Shown here: piece after piece, positions 11,442-21,632 of the stretch
How the letters are laid out: each line of letters begins with the position of its first letter
Position numbering within the stretch: position 1 is the first letter of the stretch
Assembly: GCA_038121125.1 (NCBI GenBank)
Contig: JAYOMZ010000005.1
Coordinates: forward strand, 2,355-66,354
DNA length: 64,000 nucleotides
Source of the DNA: Alphaproteobacteria bacterium
GTDB lineage: Bacteria > Pseudomonadota > Alphaproteobacteria > Puniceispirillales > Puniceispirillaceae
Reading direction: 5' to 3'
Notes under the pieces: generated by a model
What the model saw: only the letters and a program-made list of their open reading frames with translations
Told to the model about the DNA's origin: nothing
Databases searched by the model: none
Translations under genes and position numbers: made by a program

Positions 11442-12044
11442 ATGGGTGTATTGGACGCAGATAATCTGGATATCGATCCTTATCAATTATTTGATAGCTG
11501 GTTTGCCGAAGCCAAAAAAAGCGAAATTAACGATGCAGATGCGATGGCGATAGCCTCGGTAGATAGCGATGGTATGCCATCTGTTCGGATGGTGCTGCTA
11601 AAGGAAGTTACTTCCGAAGGGTTTGTTTTTTATACAAATTATACCAGCCGCAAAGCCTCTGAGCTATTGGCAACCGGCAAGGCGGCCTTTGTGATGCATT
11701 GGAAATCCTTGCGCCGGCAAGTGCGGGTTAGCGGCAAGGTCGAACAGGTGCCGGCCGAACAGTCAGATGCCTATTTTGCCAGCCGTCCGCGCGGCAGCCA
11801 AATCGGGGCATGGGCATCTGATCAATCCAAGGCACTGGATAGCCGAAAAACGCTGGAACAGGCGGTGGCAGATGCTGAAACCCGCTATCCACAGGATATC
11901 CCGCGGCCGCCGCATTGGGGCGGTTTTTTAATCCGGCCGGACGAGATTGAATTTTGGGCAGATGGCGAATATCGGCTGCATGACCGTTTCCGCTATACCA
12001 GAAATGCAACAGGTATCTGGCAAGCCGCGCGCCTTTATCCCTGA
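11442..12044 (+). CDS. pdxH: Pyridoxamine 5'-phosphate oxidase
   Basis: PSVRMVLLKEV..GFVFYTNYTSRKA, QVRVSGKVEQV, YFASRPRGSQIGAWAS and the C-terminal EFWADGEYRLHDRFRY...RLYP. Confidence 0.95.
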   Translation: MGVLDADNLDIDPYQLFDSWFAEAKKSEINDADAMAIASVDSDGMPSVRMVLLKEVTSEGFVFYTNYTSRKASELLATGKAAFVMHWKSLRRQVRVSGKVEQVPAEQSDAYFASRPRGSQIGAWASDQSKALDSRKTLEQAVADAETRYPQDIPRPPHWGGFLIRPDEIEFWADGEYRLHDRFRYTRNATGIWQAARLYP

Positions 12045-12214
12045 TATGTTAGCCCGCCATATCCGGCCTTGCCTGTCTTTTTAGCCCCTATATGCCCGAA
12101 TCTGTCAAAACAGGGTCGCTTTGACGCATATTTTTGTTACCGCTTGTGTCAGGCTATTATTCGACAATTTTTTTTCATGTAATTTCAATAGAAAATAATG
12201 CGAAGGGCAGTGAG

Positions 12215-14650
12215 ATGAAAAGCCATGCAAGAGTTGTGATTATTGGCGGCGGTGCGGTCGGGGTCAGCACCCTTTATCATCTGGCAAAAAAAGGCTGGTC
12301 AGATGTTGTGCTGATTGAACGCAAGGAGCTGACCAGCGGCTCTACCTGGCACGCGGCCGGTCTGTTGCCCTTGTTTAATATGTCCTATTCGGTTGGCCAG
12401 ATTCATAAATATTCGGTCAATCTTTATCGCAGCCTGCAAGAGGAAACAGGGCTTAATCCCGGGCTCTCGCAAGTATCCAATATTCGTCTGGCGACCCATC
12501 AGGACAGGATGGATGAATATATGCAATATGCCGGTGTGGCCGAAACAATCGGGGTAAAGGTAGAAAAACTAACCCCTGATGAGGTGATCGATATTTGGCC
12601 TTTGGCGGTCAAGGACGGGCTTGTCGGGGCTATTCGCCACCCCGATGATGGCTATATCCAGCCAGCAGATTTAACGCAAGCTCTGGCTAAGGGTGCGCGC
12701 GACAGGGGCGCTGAAATTTATCGTAATACAGCTGTGACGGCTATTTCGCGCTCCGCTTCCGGGGAATGGCTGGTCACCACAGATAAGGGCGAGATTAGGT
12801 GTGAGCATGTGGTCTCTGCCACCGGGAATTTTGCTCGCCGCACCGGGGCAATGGTGGGTCTGGATATTCCGGTTATTCCGGTCGAACATCAATATATCGT
12901 AACCGAACCGCATCCCGCTATTCGCGAGCGTCAGGCCAAAGGCTTGCCGGAAATGGGCGTTTTGCGTGAAAGTGACGGCTCATGGTATATGCGCGAGGAA
13001 AATGGCGGCCTGATTTTGGGGCCGTATGAAAAAGGCGCGCCGGTCTGCTATTTTGATGGCCCGGATGAGGATAGCGAATATGAGCTGTTTCAGGAAGATC
13101 TGGAACGGCTGATGCCGCATATTGAATCGGCTATTGCCCGTGTACCTGCCTTTGGCGAAGTGGGCGTGAAAAAAGTCTATAACGGGGCGATTGCCTATAC
13201 CCCGGATGGCAGCCCGATTGTGGGCCCTGCATGGGACTTGCCGAATTTTTGGCTGAATGAGGGGCATAGTTTTGGTATTACAGCTGCCGGCGGGGCAGGC
13301 TGGCAATTGGCAGAATGGATTGTCGAGGGCGAACCTACCATTGATATGAACGGGGTCGATCCGCGCCGCTTTGGTGAGTATGCCACCAAAAGCTATCTGA
13401 GAGAAAAGAATGAAGAAGCCTATGCCAATGTATTTACCATCCATTATCCGGATGAGGAAAGAGAGGCTGCACGCCCGTTGCGTACCACGCCCTGTTATGA
13501 TCGGCTAAAGGCAATGGGCGCGGTCTTTGGCCAGAAATTTGGCTGGGAGCGGGCAAACTGGTTCGCCCCGGAAGGCGTGGCAGCTGAGGATCACTGGTCA
13601 TTCCGCCGGTCAAAATGGTTTGAATATGTCGGGGCAGAAGTCGCCAATGTGACCACAAATTGCGGGTTGCTGGATATGTCTGCCTTTGCCAAATGCCGTA
13701 TCGAAGGGCCAGGAGCAGAAGCCTTTTTGGAAAATCTGATTGCCAATAAAGTGCCGAAAAAGGTCGGGCGGGTGATATTGGCTCATGCGCTGGCACCGCG
13801 CGGCGGGGTGCATTCCGAATTTACCATCATGCGCGAGGCAGAGGACAGCTTTTACATCGTATCGGCAGGGGCAGCCCAGCGTCTGGATCATGACTGGCTG
13901 AAAAAACATATGCCGGATGATCGTTCTGTTAGCTATACCAACCTGACCAATTCAATGGGGGTATTGGTGCTGGCAGGGCCAAAATCACGCGACCTGTTGC
14001 AAAAGCTGACATTAAGCGATCTGTCCAATGCGGCTTTCCCATGGCTGTCTGGCCAGCAAATTGATGTCCATCTGGCCCCTTCATTGGCAATGCGGGTGAA
14101 TTTTGTGGGAGAGCTGGGCTGGGAGCTGCATCACCCTATCGAATATCAAAATCATATTTTTGATGCCCTGTTTGCGGCTGGCGCAGAATTTGGGCTGAAG
14201 CCATTTGGTATTCGCGCGATGGATGCGATGCGTCTGGAAAAATCCTATCGCATGGTCGGCACAGAGATGAGCATTGAATATGCCGCCTTTGAATCCGGCT
14301 TGCATCGTTTTGTGCAAATGCAAAAAGAATCCTTTATCGGGCGCGACGGGCTGGCCGACTGGCAGGAAAAAGGCTTTACCAACAGCTTTGTCACGCTGGA
14401 GGTAAAAGGCACAGAAGATGCCGATGCGCTTGGCGGCAATCCGCTTTATAAGGATGGCAAGCTGGTCGGCCGTGCCACCTCGGGCGGCTATGGCTTCCGG
14501 GTGAAAAAATCCCTGGCACTGGCAATGGTATCGCCTGAACTGGCAGAAGCCGGAACGGTTCTGGAAATCGATATTTTGGGACGCCGTTTTGACGCGGTGG
14601 TCATAGAGGAAAGCCCGTTTGACCCGGCAAATGAAAAATTGCGGGCATAA
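12215..14650 (+). CDS. Dimethylglycine/sarcosine dehydrogenase-family protein (FAD DAO domain fused to GcvT-like folate-binding aminomethyltransferase domain)
   Basis: Trimmed to the ATG at 12215: MKSHARVVIIGGGAVGVSTLYHLAKKG (Rossmann GxGxxG) then TSGSTWHAAG (covalent-FAD His context). The C-terminal half has GcvT-like segments (FGIRAMDAMRLEKSY; GRATSGGYGF). About 811 aa. Confidence 0.85.
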   Translation: MKSHARVVIIGGGAVGVSTLYHLAKKGWSDVVLIERKELTSGSTWHAAGLLPLFNMSYSVGQIHKYSVNLYRSLQEETGLNPGLSQVSNIRLATHQDRMDEYMQYAGVAETIGVKVEKLTPDEVIDIWPLAVKDGLVGAIRHPDDGYIQPADLTQALAKGARDRGAEIYRNTAVTAISRSASGEWLVTTDKGEIRCEHVVSATGNFARRTGAMVGLDIPVIPVEHQYIVTEPHPAIRERQAKGLPEMGVLRESDGSWYMREENGGLILGPYEKGAPVCYFDGPDEDSEYELFQEDLERLMPHIESAIARVPAFGEVGVKKVYNGAIAYTPDGSPIVGPAWDLPNFWLNEGHSFGITAAGGAGWQLAEWIVEGEPTIDMNGVDPRRFGEYATKSYLREKNEEAYANVFTIHYPDEEREAARPLRTTPCYDRLKAMGAVFGQKFGWERANWFAPEGVAAEDHWSFRRSKWFEYVGAEVANVTTNCGLLDMSAFAKCRIEGPGAEAFLENLIANKVPKKVGRVILAHALAPRGGVHSEFTIMREAEDSFYIVSAGAAQRLDHDWLKKHMPDDRSVSYTNLTNSMGVLVLAGPKSRDLLQKLTLSDLSNAAFPWLSGQQIDVHLAPSLAMRVNFVGELGWELHHPIEYQNHIFDALFAAGAEFGLKPFGIRAMDAMRLEKSYRMVGTEMSIEYAAFESGLHRFVQMQKESFIGRDGLADWQEKGFTNSFVTLEVKGTEDADALGGNPLYKDGKLVGRATSGGYGFRVKKSLALAMVSPELAEAGTVLEIDILGRRFDAVVIEESPFDPANEKLRA

Positions 14651-14705
14651 AGGAAATCACCCTGCTTCCTGGCTAGGCTCAACTGGATAAATAGGACATT
14701 AAAAG

Positions 14706-16253
14706 ATGGATGATATAACCTCTCAAAAACGGTCACGCCGGGGTGGCGGCAGAGATGCACGGCGCAGTGCCAGGCAAAGCAGTTCAACATCTTCTGCGCC
14801 CTATCTGGTGCGTAAAATTCCGCCTGTGGATATGCTGAGTGATGAAGCGTGCGAGTTAATCGAGCATAATGCAGAAACCGTTCTGGAAGAAATCGGGATC
14901 GAGTTTCGCGATGACCCCGAAGCGCTGGCTATCCTGAAAGACAAGGGATGTGATGTGGATGGCGAGAGGGTGCATTTTCCGCGCGGCCTGGCAAGAGAGC
15001 TGTGTAAAACAGCCCCGTCCGAATTTACCCAGCACGCCCGAAATCCGGAAAGATCGGTGGTAATCGGTGGCAATAATACGGTCTTTGCCCCTGTCTATGG
15101 CCCGCCATTTGTGCGCGATCTGGAAGGCGAGCGCCGCTATGCCAAAATTGAGGATTTTAACAATTTTGTAAAGCTGGTCTATATGCTGCCCGGTTTGCAT
15201 CATTCAGGCGGTACAGTGTGCGAGCCGGTTGATCTGCCAGTTACCAAGCGGCATCTGGAAATGCTCTATGCCCATTTGCGCTATTCAGACAAGCCCTATA
15301 TGGGTTCGGTCACTGCCCCGGATAGGGCAGCAGATTGTGTCGCCTTGTCAAAGATTATGTTTGGCGATGAATTTGTAGATCAGAATTGTGTCATGGTCTC
15401 GCTGATTAACGCCAATTCGCCCATGACCTGGGATGATACGATGCTGGGCGCGTTGAAAGTCTATGCACGGGCAGGTCAGGGATGTGTTATCTCGCCCTTT
15501 ATTCTGTCCGGGGCAATGTCACCTGTTTCGGTGGCAGGTACATTGACCCAAATTCTGGCAGAAGCGATGAGCGGTATTGCCTTTACTCAGGCGGTAAATC
15601 CCGGTGCGCCGGTGATTTTTGGCAGCTTTGCCAGCTCTATTTCCATGCAGACAGGCGCGCCTACCTTTGGCACACCGGAACCGGCGAAAGTGCTTTATGG
15701 CGCTGCAAAGCTGGCACGGCGGCTGAATGTCCCGTTCCGTTCCGGCGGGTCTTTTACCGCATCGAAAACAGCTGATGCCCAGGCGGCCTATGAAAGCGCG
15801 CATACCCTGTTGCCAACTGTTCTGGGCGGGGTGAATTTTGCCCTTCATGCAGCTGGCTGGATGGAAGGCGGGCTGGTCGCGGACTATGCCAAATTATTGC
15901 TGGATGCGGATCAGCTCACCATGATGGACAGTATGGCAGCGGGTATTGATATATCTGAAAATGGTCTGGCACTGGATGCGCTTCGCGAAACAGGGCCTGG
16001 CCAGCATTTTCTGGGCAGCAGCCATACACAGGCTAATTTCGAAACAGCTTTCTGGCGGTCTTCTCTGGCCGATAATACCACCTTTGAGCAATGGGAAAGT
16101 GAAGGGCGTATTGAAAGTGAGCAACGCGCGCGTAACCGGGCTATCAAGATGCTAAATGAGTATCAGCCGCCCGAGATTGACCCGGCAATAGATGCCGGTT
16201 TGCGCGATTATATTGCCACCCGAATGGCGGCACTGCCAGATAGCGATTATTAA
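14706..16253 (+). CDS. MttB-superfamily methyltransferase, non-pyrrolysine type (trimethylamine methyltransferase family; substrate unknown, possibly glycine betaine or another quaternary amine)
   Basis: 515-aa uninterrupted ORF with no in-frame TAG. Arg-rich N-terminus RSRRGGGRDARRSARQ and a TIM-barrel-family body (NSPMTWDDTMLGAL, ISPFILSGAMSPVSVAGTL, GAPTFGTPE, GQHFLGSSHT) that I recognise as the PF06253-type family. Confidence 0.88.
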   Translation: MDDITSQKRSRRGGGRDARRSARQSSSTSSAPYLVRKIPPVDMLSDEACELIEHNAETVLEEIGIEFRDDPEALAILKDKGCDVDGERVHFPRGLARELCKTAPSEFTQHARNPERSVVIGGNNTVFAPVYGPPFVRDLEGERRYAKIEDFNNFVKLVYMLPGLHHSGGTVCEPVDLPVTKRHLEMLYAHLRYSDKPYMGSVTAPDRAADCVALSKIMFGDEFVDQNCVMVSLINANSPMTWDDTMLGALKVYARAGQGCVISPFILSGAMSPVSVAGTLTQILAEAMSGIAFTQAVNPGAPVIFGSFASSISMQTGAPTFGTPEPAKVLYGAAKLARRLNVPFRSGGSFTASKTADAQAAYESAHTLLPTVLGGVNFALHAAGWMEGGLVADYAKLLLDADQLTMMDSMAAGIDISENGLALDALRETGPGQHFLGSSHTQANFETAFWRSSLADNTTFEQWESEGRIESEQRARNRAIKMLNEYQPPEIDPAIDAGLRDYIATRMAALPDSDY

Positions 16254-16871
16254 TTATCTATGGGCCTCGGGGCTGGTGTCCAGACGATAGCCATATTCGA
16301 TAGCAGCATCTTTTAGCCAGCTGGTAACATAGTCTGAAAAGCTGGTGCGGCAGAATAATAGCAAGCTGTCCTCGGCATCACGTGCAAGGGTAATGCTTGC
16401 GTGCGAAAGCAGGGACTGCGCGCAATGGCCTTTGGCAAAAATAGCCGGGTGCAGATCCAGCCCGCATCCTTTGGCCAGCACATCCAGCCGCCTTGCCCCG
16501 CCCAGCCGGAAAATGCGTATCGCATCTGTCACGATGGTCGCCGCATAATGGGTATCTTTTAGCGTTGCGCCCAGCTTTAACATGAATTCTGCTTGCCGGG
16601 CCTCGTCTATCATCAGCAAGGTCTCGTCCGGGCCCAGCCACATCGCACGGCTTGCGCCAATCGCGCTTAATCTGTTGGGCTGTGTGGGCAGGGCTGTTCC
16701 AAACAGCGTGTCCAGACGGGTCTTTATCTTGTCCGAAGCCCTCAGATTAATCAGGGTTTTACCGCTAATAGCGGCAAGGGTCAGGCCAGGTGCACCGCCT
16801 TCCGGATTTGGCAGAATATCGGGCAGGGCGGTAATTTGCGGCATCTGGGCGTGCGGGTTAGGGCTAGCCAT
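16254..16871 (-). CDS. soxG: Sarcosine oxidase gamma subunit
   Basis: Follows soxA with an 8-nt overlap (ATGGCTAG). About 205 aa with a GcvT-like fold region (WLGPDETLLMID; ARRLDVLAKGCGLDLHP). The start was chosen at the ATG overlapping the soxA stop; the longer ORF prefix lies inside soxA. Confidence 0.8.
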   Translation of the reverse strand: MASPNPHAQMPQITALPDILPNPEGGAPGLTLAAISGKTLINLRASDKIKTRLDTLFGTALPTQPNRLSAIGASRAMWLGPDETLLMIDEARQAEFMLKLGATLKDTHYAATIVTDAIRIFRLGGARRLDVLAKGCGLDLHPAIFAKGHCAQSLLSHASITLARDAEDSLLLFCRTSFSDYVTSWLKDAAIEYGYRLDTSPEAHR

Positions 16872-19800
16872 TGAGGCGCTCTCCTTTGGGATCATAAAAA
16901 TTGGTATCGGTGATGGTCGCTTCAATAGGCGCGCTGCCATCCAGCATAGGGAAATAGACTGTCTCGCCTTTACGGGCATGGCCGCCCCGCAATAGCGCCA
17001 TCGCGATAGAATGACCAAGAGTGGGGCTGAAATAAGAAGAGGTTACATGACCCAGCATATCTACCGGCGGCGGCTGGTTCGGGTCGAGTACGGCATGCGC
17101 CCCTTCGGGGATGACCTGTTTTGGATCTTTGGTGCGTAATCCAACCAGCTGTTTGCGACCGCCCAGCCCCATAGATTGCCGCGCAAGAGCCCGCTTGCCA
17201 ACGAAATCCGGCTTTTTGTCAGATACAATCCAGTTCATCCCTAGATCATAAGGGGTAACCGTGCCATCTGTTTCCTGACCCACAATGATAAAGCCTTTTT
17301 CTGCACGCAGCAGATGCATGGCTTCTGTGCCATAAGGGGTGATGCCAAAATCACGGCCAGCACGCATCAGGCTTGTCCAGAGTGCCTTGCCATAACGGGC
17401 AGGTACATTAATTTCATAAGACAGCTCGCCGGTAAAAGAGATGCGGTAAATCCGGGCAGGCAAGCCGGAAATATGCCCCTCACGCATGGACATAAAGCCG
17501 AAATCTTCATCCCCCAGATCAATATCTGTTCCGGCAGCTTTCAGGATATCTCTGGCCGCAGGGCCGGACAGGGTGGCCACCGCCCATTGTTCGGTGACAG
17601 AGGTAAGATAGACCTGCAAATCCGGCCATTCTGTTTGCAGCCATTCTTCCAGCCAGTCCAGAACACCGGCCGCCCCGCCTGTTGTGGTGGTCATATGGAA
17701 ATGATCCTCTGCCAGACGGGTTGTAACCCCGTCATCCATGACCATGCCATCATCTTTACACATCAATCCATAGCGACATTTGCCAATACCCAGCTTTAGC
17801 CAGCTATTGGTATAGATACGGTTTAAAAACTCCGCTGCATCGCGCCCCCTGATATCGATTTTGCCCAGAGTGGAGGCATCCAGCAGGCCGGCATATTGAC
17901 GCGCGGCTTCTACCTCGCGGGTGACAGCCTCTTGCATAGTTTCGCCGTCTTTCGGGTAATACCAGGCGCGCATCCATTGGCCGACATGTTCAAACTTTGC
18001 CCCTGCCGCACGATGCCATTTATCCATTGGGGTGGTACGCACAGGGTCAAATAATCCGCCAATATCGCGTCCGGCTATCATGCCAATGGAAGTAGGCGTA
18101 TAGGGCATACGAAAGGTGGTTGTGCCAACCGACGGGATATCGCTTGCGCGTTCCCTTGCCAATATGGCCAGCGCATTTATGTTCGAGGTTTTGCCCTGAT
18201 CGGTGGCCATGCCGGTCGTGGTATAGCGTTTGACGTGCTCGACAGAATGATAGCCTTCGCGCACGGCCAGCTGGATATCATTGGCTGTCACATCATTTTG
18301 AAAATCGACAAATGCCTTGCCGCCTTGCCCGGCTGGCTGGCCGGTTGGTATCTGCCATACCGGCATGGGCGTCCATTTGATTTTTGGTGCGGTGATTTCG
18401 GGCAGGGCAATTTCTTCTGCCTCGCCTGAATTTGCCTTAATGGCTTTGCGGGCAGCGGCTATGGCTTCTTTTGCCCCGATAGCGGCATCAAAACTGCCAT
18501 TACATGACCCGACAGACTGTTCTGCCTCATGGGTGGTGGAGGGGCAAAAGCAATGGCTGCGCTCATCCCATTTTAATTTGCCTCTGGCTTGCGAATGTAA
18601 ATGCACCACCGGGTTCATGCCGCCGGACATCATTACCAGATCGCAATCAAAATGTTCCGGCTCGCCTGTCAGCGCATCCCCTGCCTCATTCAATGGGACG
18701 ATTTCAACCCGTGCGATATGCAAGCGTCCATGGGCGGCAATAATGCCGGAGCCAAGGCGTGTCTGGATGCCCAGCTCTGTTGCCTGTTTTATCAGGGCAG
18801 GCGAAGGGTTCCGGCGTGTATCGACAATCACCTTTACCAGACAGCCGGCACGATGCAGGGCAAAGGCGTTATACCAGGCAGCATCATTATTGGTCATTAA
18901 AATCCCGCGCGTACCTGCCAGTACGCCATACTGACACAGATAGGTCTGGGCAGCAGATGCCAGCATCACCCCGGGCAGATCATTGCCAGCAAAGACAAGC
19001 GGGCGTTCAATTGCCCCGGTCGCCAAAATCACCTGACGGGCGCGTATTTTCCATAAGCGTTGACGTGGCAGATGTGCCGGTTTTTCGGCCAGATGATCGC
19101 TCACCCGCTCGGCAAGGGTCAGAAAATTATGATCGCCATAGCCAAAACAGGTGGTACGCGATAGCAAGGTCACATTCTCCATCGCTTGCAGCCGGGATGC
19201 AGCCTGTTCTGCCCATGCCTGGCCACTCATGCCATCTATGAATATGTCCTCGCAGGCGCGCAGCCAGCCGCCCCATTGGGGCTGGTCTTCGGCTATCAGT
19301 ACGCGCTGGCCACTTTTGGCGGCTTGCAAGCCAGCCATTAGGCCGGAGAGCCCGCCGCCAATGATCACAATTTCAAAATGGGCATGGCGCTTTTCATATC
19401 TGTCCGGGTCTTTATGGTCATCCCCTGCCTTGCCCAGCCCGGCCGCATGGCGAATAATATGTTCATACATCATCCAGAAGCTGGCAGGCCACATAAAGGT
19501 TTTATAATAAAATCCTGCCGGGAAAAAGCGCGACAGAACCGAATTAATCTCGCCCACATCCAGCTTCAGGGACGGGAAACGATTCTGGGATACAGCTACC
19601 AGCCCGTCATAAAGTTCGACCTGTGTGGCTTTCAAATTAGGTTCGATGCGACCATCTGTGCCAACCCCGACAAGGGCATTTGGCTCTTCTGCCCCGGCGC
19701 CCATAATGCCGCGCGGGCGATGATATTTAAATGACCGTCCGGTAAGATGCACATTATTCGCCAGCAAGGCAGAGGCCAGCGTATCGCCCTTGCATCCCTG

Positions 19801-19905
19801 ATATTTGCGGCCATCAAAGGTAAAGCTGACAGGGGTCTGGCTATCAATTGAGGCGCTATCGCGTGCTGTTACCGTCATATTTTTCTGATTATTTTTTGCC
19901 ATCAC
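16864..19905 (-). CDS. soxA: Sarcosine oxidase alpha subunit
   Basis: 1013 aa. N-terminal FTFDGRKYQGCKGDTLASALLANNVHLTGRSFKYHRPRG, a NAD/FAD Rossmann IVIIGGGLSGLMAGLQAA, and a C-terminal GcvT-like folate domain. Confidence 0.95.
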   Translation of the reverse strand: MMAKNNQKNMTVTARDSASIDSQTPVSFTFDGRKYQGCKGDTLASALLANNVHLTGRSFKYHRPRGIMGAGAEEPNALVGVGTDGRIEPNLKATQVELYDGLVAVSQNRFPSLKLDVGEINSVLSRFFPAGFYYKTFMWPASFWMMYEHIIRHAAGLGKAGDDHKDPDRYEKRHAHFEIVIIGGGLSGLMAGLQAAKSGQRVLIAEDQPQWGGWLRACEDIFIDGMSGQAWAEQAASRLQAMENVTLLSRTTCFGYGDHNFLTLAERVSDHLAEKPAHLPRQRLWKIRARQVILATGAIERPLVFAGNDLPGVMLASAAQTYLCQYGVLAGTRGILMTNNDAAWYNAFALHRAGCLVKVIVDTRRNPSPALIKQATELGIQTRLGSGIIAAHGRLHIARVEIVPLNEAGDALTGEPEHFDCDLVMMSGGMNPVVHLHSQARGKLKWDERSHCFCPSTTHEAEQSVGSCNGSFDAAIGAKEAIAAARKAIKANSGEAEEIALPEITAPKIKWTPMPVWQIPTGQPAGQGGKAFVDFQNDVTANDIQLAVREGYHSVEHVKRYTTTGMATDQGKTSNINALAILARERASDIPSVGTTTFRMPYTPTSIGMIAGRDIGGLFDPVRTTPMDKWHRAAGAKFEHVGQWMRAWYYPKDGETMQEAVTREVEAARQYAGLLDASTLGKIDIRGRDAAEFLNRIYTNSWLKLGIGKCRYGLMCKDDGMVMDDGVTTRLAEDHFHMTTTTGGAAGVLDWLEEWLQTEWPDLQVYLTSVTEQWAVATLSGPAARDILKAAGTDIDLGDEDFGFMSMREGHISGLPARIYRISFTGELSYEINVPARYGKALWTSLMRAGRDFGITPYGTEAMHLLRAEKGFIIVGQETDGTVTPYDLGMNWIVSDKKPDFVGKRALARQSMGLGGRKQLVGLRTKDPKQVIPEGAHAVLDPNQPPPVDMLGHVTSSYFSPTLGHSIAMALLRGGHARKGETVYFPMLDGSAPIEATITDTNFYDPKGERLNG

Positions 19906-19911
19906 CCTTGC

Positions 19912-20292
19912 TTACCTTTTTGCACTGGATGTTTTATTTGTCTTTTGCGATGCCGGCTGGGCGGCTATTTCTGCCTGGCTATTACGGCGCCAGTTTTTGC
20001 TATAGGCAGTGCGCCCGGCCTTGCTGGCAGGTTTTGCCCCCATCGGATATATCTCCAATATATGGTGGGTAAGCGTATCGCGTGCAATATTAAACCAGCG
20101 ACGACACCCTGCTGTATGACGCCAGCGTTCCAGAAAGACGCCTTTGGGATTGTCCCGATAGAATAAATAATCGGCAAAATCCTTATCGCTCAGGCTGTTT
20201 TCGCTTAAAGGGCGGGCGATATGTGCCTCGCCGCCACAGGAAAACTCTTCTTCATCTCTTGGCCCGCAATAGGGGCATTTGATTTCCAGCAT
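19912..20292 (-). CDS. soxD: Sarcosine oxidase delta subunit (with basic C-terminal extension)
   Basis: MLEIKCPYCGPRDEEEFSCGGEAHIARP zinc-ribbon N-terminus and CRRWFNIARDTLTHHI. It lies between soxB and soxA. Confidence 0.9.
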   Translation of the reverse strand: MLEIKCPYCGPRDEEEFSCGGEAHIARPLSENSLSDKDFADYLFYRDNPKGVFLERWRHTAGCRRWFNIARDTLTHHILEIYPMGAKPASKAGRTAYSKNWRRNSQAEIAAQPASQKTNKTSSAKR

Positions 20293-20333
20293 CTTACTAA
20301 AACTCTCAAAAAAAATTGATATCTTCTTCGCGG

Positions 20334-21632
20334 TTAATGGGCCACACCGGCCGCGCCATGCTCATCAATCAGCAAGCCTGTTTCAAAACGGTTCAGCGCA
20401 TAGGGAGCGGCAATATCATTTGGCCGGTCATTGGCAATCAGATCAGCAAAAACATGACCAGAGCCGGGGGTAGCCTTGAACCCGCCTGTTCCCCAGCCGC
20501 AATTGAAATACAGCCCCTCAATATCGGTGCGCGAAAGGATAGGCGAGGCATCCGGACAGGTATCCACAATCCCTCCCCAATGGCGCAGCATCCGCAAGCG
20601 CGATAATACCGGGAACAGCTCTACAGCGGCTGCCAGCATATGTTCTGGCACAGGAAAAGAGCCGCGCTGGGCATAGGAATTATATTTATCCACCCCTGCC
20701 CCCAATACCATCTCGCCCTTATCGGACTGGCTGATATACATATGCACCGCATTGGACATAATCACCGTATCCAAAATCGGCTTGATAGGCTCGGATACCA
20801 GCGCTTGCAAAGGGCGGCTGGCAATCGGCAGGCGAATACCGGCCATCTCTGCCAGCACCGAAGAATGGCCAGCGACCACACAGCCCACTTTACGGGTTTT
20901 AATCAGCCCTTTGGTGGTTTCGATGCCGGTTATCTTGCGCCCTTGCCGACGCAGTCCTGTTACCTCGCAATTTTGAATGATATCCACCCCCATATCATCG
21001 GCAGCACGGGCATAGCCCCATGCCACCGCATCATGGCGGGCTGTCCCGCCCCGCTTTTGCAAAAAGCCGCCCATCACCGGATAGCGGATGGCGGGATCCA
21101 TATTCATAATCGGGACGAATTTTTTAATTTCCGCCGGGCTGAGGATGTCTGAATCGATGCCGTTCAGGCGGATAGCATGAACCCGGCGCGACATTTCTTT
21201 CAGCTCATGTTCGGAATGGGCGATGGTCAGAACGCCGCGCTGGCTGAACATGATATTGAAGTTTAAATCCTGTGCCAGGCCTTCCCATAATTTCATCGAA
21301 TGTTCATAAATGGCAGCTGATTCATCCCATAAATAGTTGGAACGAATAATGGTGGTGTTGCGGCCGGTGTTGCCGCCGCCCAGCCAGCCTTTTTCAATGA
21401 CCGCAATATTGGTCATATTATGTACCGAAGCCAGATAATAGGCGGTGGCCAGCCCATGTCCGCCGCCGCCAATGATCACCGCATCATATTCTGCTTTGGG
21501 CTCTGCATGACGCCAGGCCTGTTGCCAGCCCTGATGATATTCGCCTGCCTGTCTGGCCAGCGAAAATATCGAATAGTGTTTTTTCCTGTCGCGAAGTCCG
21601 CGCACGCCTCTATCGATATCGGTGGATGCCAT
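20334..21632 (-). CDS. soxB: Sarcosine oxidase beta subunit
   Basis: Trimmed to the ATG at 21632 (purine-rich GAGAAGAAG upstream). [20 protein letters not shown] Rossmann, and the covalent-FMN His context RSNY, i.e. [15 protein letters not shown]. The C-terminus fits SoxB. Confidence 0.93.
   Translation of the reverse strand: MASTDIDRGVRGLRDRKKHYSIFSLARQAGEYHQGWQQAWRHAEPKAEYDAVIIGGGGHGLATAYYLASVHNMTNIAVIEKGWLGGGNTGRNTTIIRSNYLWDESAAIYEHSMKLWEGLAQDLNFNIMFSQRGVLTIAHSEHELKEMSRRVHAIRLNGIDSDILSPAEIKKFVPIMNMDPAIRYPVMGGFLQKRGGTARHDAVAWGYARAADDMGVDIIQNCEVTGLRRQGRKITGIETTKGLIKTRKVGCVVAGHSSVLAEMAGIRLPIASRPLQALVSEPIKPILDTVIMSNAVHMYISQSDKGEMVLGAGVDKYNSYAQRGSFPVPEHMLAAAVELFPVLSRLRMLRHWGGIVDTCPDASPILSRTDIEGLYFNCGWGTGGFKATPGSGHVFADLIANDRPNDIAAPYALNRFETGLLIDEHGAAGVAH

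Noticed and set aside
11160-11486. The N-terminal extension of the glycine-zipper ORF (292 aa in the track), reaching into the pdxH start.
   Set aside because: The extension has no protein-like character, and a clean signal peptide starts at the internal MKKFSF. Similar spurious 5' extensions were trimmed at 12134, 17018, 21728, 21748, 26039, 30899, 35350, 50107, 50408 and 62708.
19912-20040. A Lys/Ser/Ala-rich C-terminal extension of about 35 aa on SoxD.
   Set aside because: It is real in the ORF but is probably a non-conserved disordered tail. I have no basis for assigning a function.
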